Shown one piece after another: positions 55,922 through 64,000 of a stretch of 64,000 nucleotides of DNA (position 1 is its first letter; the number at the start of each line of letters is the position of its first letter). The stretch lies in contig JAHIPV010000009.1 of assembly GCA_018902845.1 (NCBI GenBank), forward strand, positions 8,950-72,949, given 5' to 3'. The notes under the pieces are model-generated. The model was given only the letters and a program-made list of their open reading frames with translations. It did no database searches and had not been told where the DNA came from. The DNA is from Patescibacteria group bacterium (GTDB lineage Bacteria; Patescibacteriota; Microgenomatia; UBA12405). The translations under genes were made by a program, and so were the position numbers.

Positions 55922-57988
55922 ATGTTAATGGACGTTAAAGAAGGATTGAAAAACTTAAAAGAACAAGAGAGACAGATACCTGAAATTGAAAGAAAAGCAG
56001 TGGTAGGTTTAGTTAGAGAAATGACTATGCCCTTGAACCTAAGAGATGGTCTTTTTGATACAGCCGTAACGAGATTTACAGACGTGTGTGACCATTTGAG
56101 AGTTGTTTTTGTTTTTCCTGTTCCTGGTGAAGTGCCGGACTTAACGATAGTTGAAGATGATGGGTTATCAAAAATTGTAGTGGAAGAACATAAAATAGCA
56201 AAATCCCAAGTGGAAACAAACAATCTTTTTGGGCCTAAGGTTGATGAAGTAATAACGTTAATTAAGATTAGAGATGATTTATCATTAGCTGAACTTGGGA
56301 AATTGATAAAAACTATTAGAGAACTAAGCAAGTCTCCTTTGTGGAGTGGAAAAGATCAACAGCAGGCTGATGAATGGCAGGAGGGAGTTAGAGAGTATAG
56401 CTCAAACTTGAGATGGGCCGGATTGGCCATGATGGAGGTACAAAAACAAGCAAATGGAAAACAAGCAAAAGAAACGAGCGATTTTGACGATTTTTATCGT
56501 AAATCAGTTGAGATTGTTTTTAAATTAGGCCAAGCTATTGATTTAGATCGAAGGAACGGTTCAGTCCCGACCTTGGATGAAGCTTGTGAAGAATTAAAGA
56601 GAAATAAAACGGATGAATATGGAGAAGCATTGCAACAGGGTTTGCAATATGCCAGATATGCGGGTAAATCAAAAAGACAATTAGAGTTTGCTGATATGGC
56701 TAGGCTTTATCAGAGAGTAAAGAAGAATAAAAGAATTGCCTGTTGATTTTGCAGAAGCTGTGGTTTTGCGAGGAATAGAACAGATGTATCAAGAGTTGCC
56801 AGTACCAAAATGGGTTAAGGCTTTAATAAGGGCTGATTTAGAAGATGAAAATCAACTAAAACAAATTACTCAAGCAATTGATCAGGAACTTGGATCAGGA
56901 GTGGTTGGACAAATAATTCACGAGTTTTTGAGTTATGAAAAGTATCAACGGTATTGTTTTGATGAAAATGAGAAAAAAAAAGAAGACGTAAAATTAATGG
57001 AGTTACTAATAAAAAATGAAAGTAAAAAAGATATCAAGGCGTTGTTAATTAGATATCAAGACCACTTACAAAGCCTGGGATTAGGTAAAGATAATATTGT
57101 CCGGTTTAGCGACTGGCTAGAAGACCCTGAGTTTTTTGATAAAGAGAAGAAAGCCAAATTATTAAGAGAGTCGAGTAAAAAGTTTGGATGGGAAAAAGAT
57201 AAGAATGTTAGAAACCTCGATGATGTGAATGGTTATTATCAAAATCTCTTAAAAACAGCGGATGAAGAAGAAATAAGAGAGTTATTAAAGGAACAAACTC
57301 GCTTTCAAAAAACCATGATGATTATGATTGTTGATGAAATGAGAATTAATTATGGTGGCTGGGAAGGACTTTGTTGTTGGCTAGGTCTGCTATGGCATTA
57401 GGGATAAATCTTGAAAAAATTAGTGGTGCTGATACTTTTGGTCACACGACGCTATCTGTTAAATGGGCTGATGGTGATGAAAATGTTGTGGAGGCAAGTG
57501 CTTATAAAGGAAGTGAGCTGGTTGATATAAAAGAAGTTGCAGATCCAAATGGACTACTGCAAAAAGGAGAAAGAGTCGTAAAAAGATTGAGTGGTAAAAG
57601 ATATCTTTTGGTTGATATTCGAAAATATCTTGCTTCTCGTGTTTTAGTAAATTTACAAATTTGCTTGGATACGAATTCTTTGTTGAAAAAATTTCAGCAA
57701 GAAATTTTTTTCAACTCAGCTGATATAAATAATTGGTTCGCCGATAGACACAGTCAGGGACATAAAACTATGGCGAGTATTACCAGAGCTACTGGTAAAA
57801 AGAAAGATGAAATCGATCGGATGCTTGATAGATTAACGTTTTTGTGTCCAAATTATTATAGAGCCAGTGGAGAAGGAGATGAATTATCTGGAGAGTATTC
57901 TGATTACCCTGATTTCCAGAAAATGATGAGAAGGTTGTTTAAAGAAAGAAGTGAGGAGAAAGGAGAAAAGAATAGGTTTTATTCGTAA
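55922..57988 (+). pseudogene. Probable single ~690-aa gene split into three overlapping ORFs (55922-56746, 56736-57401, 57371-57988)
   Basis: Consecutive frames overlap by 11 and 31 nt; the later ORFs have only TTG starts. Confidence 0.55.
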
Positions 57989-59166
57989 CGGAGGGCGTCG
58001 ATGGGATTTAGCTCTGAAGCTTTTTTGGCTGGATACCAGCCAAAAAGCAGACCGACGGCGGCCGATACACCGACAGCCAAAAGAATTGATTTTAGACTAA
58101 CTATAAAATGTATACCCATAGCGGTAGAAGCAAAATATGTCAAAACCGCTCCGATTATGACTCCAAATATTCCTCCAAACAAAGTTAAAACCAGCGATTC
58201 GATTAAGAATTGAGATAAAATATCTTTTCTTTTGGCTCCGATGGCCTTAAGAAGGCCAATGTCTTTGGTCCTTTCTGTGACAGTAACCAGCATTATATTC
58301 ATAATTCCGATTCCTCCGACCAAGAGCGATATGGCGGCAATTCCGGATAATACGGTGGTCAAAACTCCGGTAACACTACTCATTGATTCAATCATTTGCT
58401 GAGGACTTCTAAGATCAAAGTCTGCATTATCAGGATCACTTATTTCATGTCTTTCCAGAAGTAAGTTTTCAATATTTGTTAAAGTTTGCTCCATTATTTG
58501 GTTGTCAATTACTCTGACGGAAATACTACTGTAGTAATCGTGTCCAAATAATATTTTTTGAGCTGTAGATATGGGTATTATGACACTGGAGCTGTCTTTG
58601 ATAACTCCTACAATTTTGAAAGTCTTGCCGTCAATTCTGATTTTTTGGCCAACTACCATAGCTCCTTGGCCAAATAAATCTTCAACAAGCTCATCGCCCA
58701 GTACTACACTTCTGGTCATACTATATATACTACTTTGATTCAAAAAATCGCCCTGAGAAAACTCTAATGATTGAATTTGAGCATAGTCGTATTCGACTCC
58801 ATTTATGGAAGAAGAGGTGGAATTTTCTTCAAAAACTAGATTTTTTTGACCACTGACTATTCCACTGACCGCTTCTATGTTTGGCAATTCTAAAATAGCC
58901 GTAGTATCTTCTTTTACCAATGTATCAAAGGTTCCGCCTGTCATGCCCGGTCCCCTTCTGGCTCTACCCGGAGATACGGTTATGACATTGGTTCCAAAAG
59001 TAGAAATTTGATCAACAATTGACTGAGTGGAACCTTCTCCCAGGGACATAATGGTAATGACAGATCCAATGCCGATAACAATTCCCAACATTGTCAGCAT
59101 GGTTCGGGCAAGGTTGCTTTTGAGTTCGGTTAAAGCCAATATTATTAATTCTTTTATATCAATCAT
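57979..59166 (-). CDS. MacB-like ABC permease
   Basis: LTMLGIVIG, VTERTKDIG and NPIDALRYE motifs. Confidence 0.93.
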   Translation of the reverse strand: MIDIKELIILALTELKSNLARTMLTMLGIVIGIGSVITIMSLGEGSTQSIVDQISTFGTNVITVSPGRARRGPGMTGGTFDTLVKEDTTAILELPNIEAVSGIVSGQKNLVFEENSTSSSINGVEYDYAQIQSLEFSQGDFLNQSSIYSMTRSVVLGDELVEDLFGQGAMVVGQKIRIDGKTFKIVGVIKDSSSVIIPISTAQKILFGHDYYSSISVRVIDNQIMEQTLTNIENLLLERHEISDPDNADFDLRSPQQMIESMSSVTGVLTTVLSGIAAISLLVGGIGIMNIMLVTVTERTKDIGLLKAIGAKRKDILSQFLIESLVLTLFGGIFGVIIGAVLTYFASTAMGIHFIVSLKSILLAVGVSAAVGLLFGWYPAKKASELNPIDALRYE

Positions 59167-59887
59167 GTGTAATAAAACTGGCGGTTTTTAATTTATAATC
59201 ACGGCTCTCGACTAGTCCGTCTGTAATTTTTATTATTCTTTTGGCAAAGGCAGCAATGTCATCTTCGTGTGTAATTACAACAACAGTACTGCCTTTTTTG
59301 TTTAATTGAACAAGAAATTTCATAACTTCATGAGCCGTCTTTGTATCTAAATTACCTGTTGGCTCATCGGCCAAGATTATGGATGGATTCATGGTTAAGG
59401 CTCTGGCTATAGCTACTCTTTGTATTTGTCCTCCTGATATATGATTGGATAAATTGGAAGCCTTGTCTGCTAGACCTACAATTTTTAGCACTTCCATAGC
59501 TCTTTTTTTTCTTTTTTCTTCCGGGTATCCGGCATAAAGCATGGGCCTTTCTACATTTTTTAATACTGTAGTTCTGGGCAGGAGGTTATAAGATTGAAAA
59601 ATGAAACCTATTTGTTTGTTTCTAATTTCAGCTAATTCGTCAGGGTTATAATGAGAAATATTTTTTCCATTTAAAAAGTATTTTCCTGAAGTTGGAGAAT
59701 CAAGAGCTCCCATCAAATTCATAATGGTTGATTTGCCCGAGCCTGAGTGTCCGATGATAGCCACAAATTCCCCTTTGTTGATTTTTATATCTATTCCTTT
59801 TAATGCCTGATATTTAACTGGTCCGGTTATATAAGTTTTTGTTATTTGTTCAAACTTAATGATTGGATTGTTTTTGTTTTTTTTCAT
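59159..59887 (-). CDS. ABC ATP-binding protein (LolD/MacB type)
   Basis: GHSGSGKST and ADEPTGNLD motifs. Confidence 0.95.
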   Translation of the reverse strand: MKKNKNNPIIKFEQITKTYITGPVKYQALKGIDIKINKGEFVAIIGHSGSGKSTIMNLMGALDSPTSGKYFLNGKNISHYNPDELAEIRNKQIGFIFQSYNLLPRTTVLKNVERPMLYAGYPEEKRKKRAMEVLKIVGLADKASNLSNHISGGQIQRVAIARALTMNPSIILADEPTGNLDTKTAHEVMKFLVQLNKKGSTVVVITHEDDIAAFAKRIIKITDGLVESRDYKLKTASFITHD

Positions 59888-61077
59888 CTCATTCCGCCCA
59901 TGGGCAATATCCCTCCGCTACTGCCGGAGTCTTGGGATGAATCAGTTGTTTGGCTTGTAATTATTTCATCTCCCTCGGATATGCCTTTTAGTATTTCTGT
60001 TTTGCTATCACCCACTATGCCTATTTCAACGGGTATATATAACAATTCTCCGCTTTTTTTGTCCAAAACTTGGACGGCTTTTTCACCTTGATAAGTTTTT
60101 ATAGCGCTATTGGTGACAGCCAGAACATCTTGGGCACTTTTTGTTTCTATATCAATCTGAACCGTCATACCAGCTTTTATATTTTCTTCAACTTGGCCCA
60201 AATTTACATAAATATTATAGGTAATAATACCCGATGTGTCAGTGCCAATATCGTCAACTCTGTCAACTATGCCTTCAATTTCGGATCCCTTTAAGGCGTC
60301 AACAATGACAGTGGCTTTTTGGCCGGCTTGAATATCGCTTATGTCACTTTCAGATACTGCTAGTTTTGCCCAAGAATCAGAGTTGTTTTTTATCATTAGG
60401 GCTATGGTTTCAGGGTTAACTTCCTGTCCGGCTGAAAGAGCTAAATTAGCTATTGTTCCGCTTATTGGCGATTTTATTATTCCGCTGGTTACCTCCTGAT
60501 AGCTTAGCCAAGCTGCGCTTAGGGCCACTTGGGCTTTTTTTATAACTTGCTGTTGATTAAGATAATTGGCTTCTGCGGCCAGCCAATCGGCATGTTGTTG
60601 AATGTAAGTGGGATCATTTTCCAATAAATCACGAGCAACGGCATCGTTTATAAATTTTTGGTTGGCTGAAAAAGAATTTGATTGAAGTGTATATTGAGCA
60701 GACTTGGCTGATTCCAGAGTATTTTTGGCTCCCAGGTAAGACGAATAAGCCGTGCTTTTTTCGGCTTGACTAGCGGTACTTTTTACTTTGAACAATGATT
60801 GTCCGCTTTTTACCATGTCTTGATTTTTTACATATACTTCTTCCACCACACCGGTGATAGTTGAGTTGATATCCGCTTTACCGCTGGTTAAAATTTCACC
60901 AGTTTCAGACACTAGGCTAACTACATTGCCTTTTTTAACTTTTTCAGTTTTGTAAGTTACCGCTTCTTTTTTGCTACCTAAGGTTTTGCTTAGCAAAATT
61001 GCTATTAACACTAAGCCGATTAGCAGTAATATTTTGTTTCTTTTTGATAGCTTTTTGAATTTTTCAATTATTTTCAT
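59884..61077 (-). CDS. MacA-like membrane fusion protein
   Basis: IKSPISGTI lipoyl-like motif; operon context. Confidence 0.88.
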   Translation of the reverse strand: MKIIEKFKKLSKRNKILLLIGLVLIAILLSKTLGSKKEAVTYKTEKVKKGNVVSLVSETGEILTSGKADINSTITGVVEEVYVKNQDMVKSGQSLFKVKSTASQAEKSTAYSSYLGAKNTLESAKSAQYTLQSNSFSANQKFINDAVARDLLENDPTYIQQHADWLAAEANYLNQQQVIKKAQVALSAAWLSYQEVTSGIIKSPISGTIANLALSAGQEVNPETIALMIKNNSDSWAKLAVSESDISDIQAGQKATVIVDALKGSEIEGIVDRVDDIGTDTSGIITYNIYVNLGQVEENIKAGMTVQIDIETKSAQDVLAVTNSAIKTYQGEKAVQVLDKKSGELLYIPVEIGIVGDSKTEILKGISEGDEIITSQTTDSSQDSGSSGGILPMGGMR

Positions 61078-61105
61078 GTTTGATTTTGAGACTGTTAAGA
61101 TACGG

Positions 61106-61153
61106 CGCTTTGCGCCTAGATTCTTCCCCCGCCATGGCGGGGTCAGAATGACG
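61106..61153. repeat. Solo palindromic element, intergenic
   Basis: agattcttcccccgccatggcggggtcagaatgacg. Confidence 0.88.
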
Positions 61154-61158
61154 TAGAG

Positions 61159-61476
61159 TTATGGATGCATTCGCATTATACCCCTGCCCATCGGAAACAT
61201 ACCGGATCCTTCCGAAGGCCTTTCTCCGCTATCCATTCTTTGTTGACGCATGTCCTGCATTTTTTGGTTGATTTCTTCTTCCGTTAATCCATCTTCTCGC
61301 CACTTTTCCATCATTATATCTCTTTGCTTTTGCATCAACTCCCTTCTGGCTGCCAAAATTTTTTTGGATTTATAAAATTTGTAGCCTGCTAAAACCGTTA
61401 ATACAATAAGCCCTGTTAATAGCCATTTTAACCAAGGTTTTTTTGTGCTTTTTTCTTTTGTCATAATTTGAATCAT
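61159..61476 (-). CDS. Hypothetical membrane-anchored Met/Gln-rich protein
   Basis: 105-aa ORF with one TM helix. Confidence 0.65.
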   Translation of the reverse strand: MIQIMTKEKSTKKPWLKWLLTGLIVLTVLAGYKFYKSKKILAARRELMQKQRDIMMEKWREDGLTEEEINQKMQDMRQQRMDSGERPSEGSGMFPMGRGIMRMHP

Positions 61477-61522
61477 TTTATCACTAAAAAACTGAGAAAA
61501 AGCTGAAAGATTTTCTTACTTG

Positions 61523-61559
61523 TTGACAACACTTGTTTTGTATATTATGATAATATACA
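61523..61559 (+). promoter_or_regulatory. Promoter and operator of the BrnT-BrnA cassette
   Basis: TTGACA-17nt-TATGAT; TGTATATT-N5-AATATACA inverted repeat. Confidence 0.72.
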
Positions 61560-61853
61560 ATGGATTTGTTAAGTAAACTAGAAGGTTTCGACTGGAACAG
61601 AGGAAATGTTAAAAAAAATTGGATAAAACATAAAGTAAATGCAAAAGAAGCTGAAGAAGTTTTTTTTAATAAACCATTGCTTGTTAATTTTGATCAAGAA
61701 CATTCGAAAAAAGAAAAAAGATTTCGAGTGCTTGGCAGAACCAATAAGAAAAGAAGATTATTTATTTCTTTTACTTTAAGAAAGAAAAAAATTAGAATTA
61801 TTTCTGCTCGAGATATGAGCAAGAAAGAAAGGATAAATTATGAAAAAGTTTAA
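61560..61853 (+). CDS. BrnT toxin
   Basis: FDWN..N..KH...RIISAR. Confidence 0.92.
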   Translation: MDLLSKLEGFDWNRGNVKKNWIKHKVNAKEAEEVFFNKPLLVNFDQEHSKKEKRFRVLGRTNKKRRLFISFTLRKKKIRIISARDMSKKERINYEKV

Positions 61854-62118
61854 AAAGATACCAAAATTTAAAAATGAGAATGAAGAAAGAGAGTTTTGGG
61901 CGACTCATGATTCTACTGAATATGTTGACTGGAGTAAGGCTGTTAAAAATCCGGTTTTCCCCAATCTCAAGCCTTCTACTGAAACTATTTCTTTGAGACT
62001 GCCAAAATATTTATTAGCAAGGCTCAAAGAATTGGCCAATTCTAAAGATGTTCCCTATCAATCATTGTTGAAAATATTTTTGTCTGAAAGAATAGATAAA
62101 GAAATCCAGACGGCCTGA
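61840..62118 (+). CDS. BrnA/CopG antitoxin
   Basis: EREFWATHD, ISLRLP and VPYQSL motifs. Confidence 0.9.
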   Translation: MKKFKKIPKFKNENEEREFWATHDSTEYVDWSKAVKNPVFPNLKPSTETISLRLPKYLLARLKELANSKDVPYQSLLKIFLSERIDKEIQTA

Positions 62119-62121
62119 AAA

Positions 62122-62158
62122 AACAAAAACACCCTCATTGAAAGAGAGTGTTTTTGTT
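62122..62158. terminator. Probable bidirectional terminator between convergent genes
   Basis: AACAAAAACAC...GTGTTTTTGTT stem. Confidence 0.7.
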
Positions 62159-62169
62159 AGAGACAGGTA

Positions 62170-62595
62170 TTATTTGAAAAATTTTCTTCCTCTGTTACCA
62201 AAGGAATGAAATAATTCCATATCAATACCATTTTCTTCTGCCCATGTACGCATTTCTTGTTGATGCTGTTTTCCGGCTTCGCCACATTCGGCCATAAGTT
62301 CTTCCTTTTTGGCTAGAAAAGCTTCTTTTTGTTCCTGAGTAATTTTGCCGTCAGAGACAGCTTGGTCTAGTCTTTCTTCTAAACCGGCTCTCATCTGTTG
62401 TTGTCTTTGTTGTCTGTGCTCATCAAAAACCTGTTTAACTTCATCTCCGTTTAAATTGAAACGATCGATAAGTTTTTGGACTAATGGCGGATAGGTGCTG
62501 TCGTCGTTGGCGTTAACTACTTTGATTCCAAAAACCATGACTGAAACTAAAAGGGCTAAAACCAAAGTTGTAATAGCGAGTTTCTTTGTGTTCAT
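62170..62595 (-). CDS. Exported helical protein (YckD-like)
   Basis: Signal peptide, LDQAVSDGKITQEQ; AGGAGGTGA SD before ATG 62595. Confidence 0.7.
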   Translation of the reverse strand: MNTKKLAITTLVLALLVSVMVFGIKVVNANDDSTYPPLVQKLIDRFNLNGDEVKQVFDEHRQQRQQQMRAGLEERLDQAVSDGKITQEQKEAFLAKKEELMAECGEAGKQHQQEMRTWAEENGIDMELFHSFGNRGRKFFK

Positions 62596-62666
62596 TTGTT
62601 CCCTCACCTCCTTTTATTTATTAATTGCTAATAAGAGGATGATAGGAAAGGAAACTGAGAAGAGGC

Positions 62667-63668
62667 TTAAGAAAGCGGGAGGCGGAGGGTGAAGGTGGAG
62701 CCGTGACGGATTTCGCTTTTTACACTAATTGAGCCTTGGTGTTGGGTGATTATTTTTTTTGCTAATGATAAGCCTAATCCAAAACCCATTTGTTTTGATC
62801 GTGAAACGTCTACACGATAAAAACGATCGAAAATGTGAGGAATATGTTGTTTTGAAATTCCAATACCAGTATCTTTGATTTTTAATATTAAGTATTTTTT
62901 GGTCGTTTGGGTTGCGACAAGGACTGAGCCTTTTTTTGGCGTATATTTTATGGCATTGTCCAGCAATATTATTAAGAGTTCTGTTAGCAAATCGCTATCT
63001 CCTCTTACTGTTTGGTTTTTTGGTTCTGGGCTTATACGGACTTTAATTTTTTTCTGTTTGGCTAAAGGATCAATGCTTTTTAAGGCTTTGTTGACAACAT
63101 CGGCGATTTTTGTTGTTTTTAATTTTAGGTTGTTACTATTATCATCCTGTTTGGCAAGACGCAAAAGATTGTTTGTTAAAGAATTTAAATTATTTACATC
63201 ACTTAAATTACTTTTTAATATTTCTTTGGTTTGTTTTGAAAGTTTTTTGGTTCGTAAATCTACCTCCATGGAAGTTTTTAGAGCTGTTAAGGGAGTACGA
63301 AGTTCGTGGGAAGCGTCGGCTATAAATGTTTTTTGTTTTTTCATTGCTTTTTCTATTGGCTTTAGAGTTTTGCCTGCCAAAAAATAACCGGCAGTAGCAG
63401 AAAAAAACAATATGACTCCGTTGGTGTAGATCAAAAGAAAAAGGAGACTTTTTTGGGCATTTTTTAAATCCTGATCCAAAAGGCTGTGCAAAGGCGGAGG
63501 GACTCTTTCTGTGTTAAATCTTCTTTCGATATTGGTAAGGCTTCTTTTGAGTTGAAAATTGACTCTGGTGTAAATGAACAAGGAAAAAACACCCGAAATA
63601 ATCATGATGATGACTAGATAGTAGATGGTTAGTTTGATTCTGGCTGATTTAAACATTCTGTTTATCAC
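62667..63668 (-). CDS. Sensor histidine kinase
   Basis: DASHELRTPL, NAIKYT, DTGIG and GLGLS motifs. Confidence 0.95.
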   Translation of the reverse strand: MINRMFKSARIKLTIYYLVIIMIISGVFSLFIYTRVNFQLKRSLTNIERRFNTERVPPPLHSLLDQDLKNAQKSLLFLLIYTNGVILFFSATAGYFLAGKTLKPIEKAMKKQKTFIADASHELRTPLTALKTSMEVDLRTKKLSKQTKEILKSNLSDVNNLNSLTNNLLRLAKQDDNSNNLKLKTTKIADVVNKALKSIDPLAKQKKIKVRISPEPKNQTVRGDSDLLTELLIILLDNAIKYTPKKGSVLVATQTTKKYLILKIKDTGIGISKQHIPHIFDRFYRVDVSRSKQMGFGLGLSLAKKIITQHQGSISVKSEIRHGSTFTLRLPLS

Positions 63669-64000
63669 TAATTTTGTAACCGAAACCTCTGATGGTGTGA
63701 ATTAGGGGTTTTTTGTTTTTAAAGGCCTTGTCGAGCTTATTTCTCAAATAACCGACATAAACTTCGACCGTATTGGGTAAAACATCGGCATCATAATTCC
63801 AAACATGATTAATAATTTGGTCTTTGCTTAAAATTTGTTCTTTGTGCTGTAAAAAATATTGTAATAAGGCGAATTCTTTTTTTGATAAATTTATGTTTTT
63901 TTGTCCGCGTTTTACTTGGTAAGTTATTGTATTAAGTGTCAGGTCAGATACTGAAAGTATGGATCCTGTATTGTTTTTTGGTCTTCTGGATAGGGCCTTG
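63668..64000 (-). CDS. OmpR-family response regulator, C-terminal part (start beyond window)
   Basis: NTVEVYV..LR.KL...IHTIRGFGYKI*. Confidence 0.9.

Larger units (their letters stand above)
55194..58008. mobile_element. Putative small island bounded by 27-bp direct repeats
   Basis: TTCGTAACGGAGGGCGTCGATGGGATT at 55194-55220 and 57982-58008. Confidence 0.65.

Noticed and set aside
55888-56331. 147-aa minus-strand ORF
   Set aside because: Antisense to the longer plus-strand ORF, which has a matching -10 box
1-64000. Alternative genetic code (TGA readthrough)
   Set aside because: Conserved genes are full length under the standard code and several end in TGA

Overview
AT-rich, gene-dense bacterial chromosome segment whose gene content (GT-C glycosyltransferases, T/P-rich Cys-rich surface proteins, type IV pilus locus, short MetG, many small TA cassettes) resembles Patescibacteria/CPR, probably Microgenomates-like (inference). 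It holds a surface-glycan cluster, murJ, rpsT, metG, tatD, folD, map, 2-oxoacid:ferredoxin oxidoreductase, rarA, corA, a type IV pilus locus with a two-component module, rrf2-iscS-iscU, the AmmeMemoRadiSam system, a MacAB-like exporter and five TA pairs. No rRNA, tRNA, CRISPR or transposase was recognised. Three signals stand out. (1) About 30 GC-rich palindromic repeats (GTCAT/ATGAC-ended, GTAG-type and short hairpin families), roughly 20 of them inside about 13 protein-coding genes without breaking the frame, and all solo copies point the same way on the + strand. (2) An unannotated 59-aa stand-alone HisKA/DHp-like ORF lies between two receiver genes in the pilus locus, suggesting a minimal phosphorelay. 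(3) A -10 box sits 5-9 nt before many start codons (leaderless-type layout). A 27-bp direct repeat also brackets a 2.8-kb island. All calls come from reading the sequence by eye; no searches were run.
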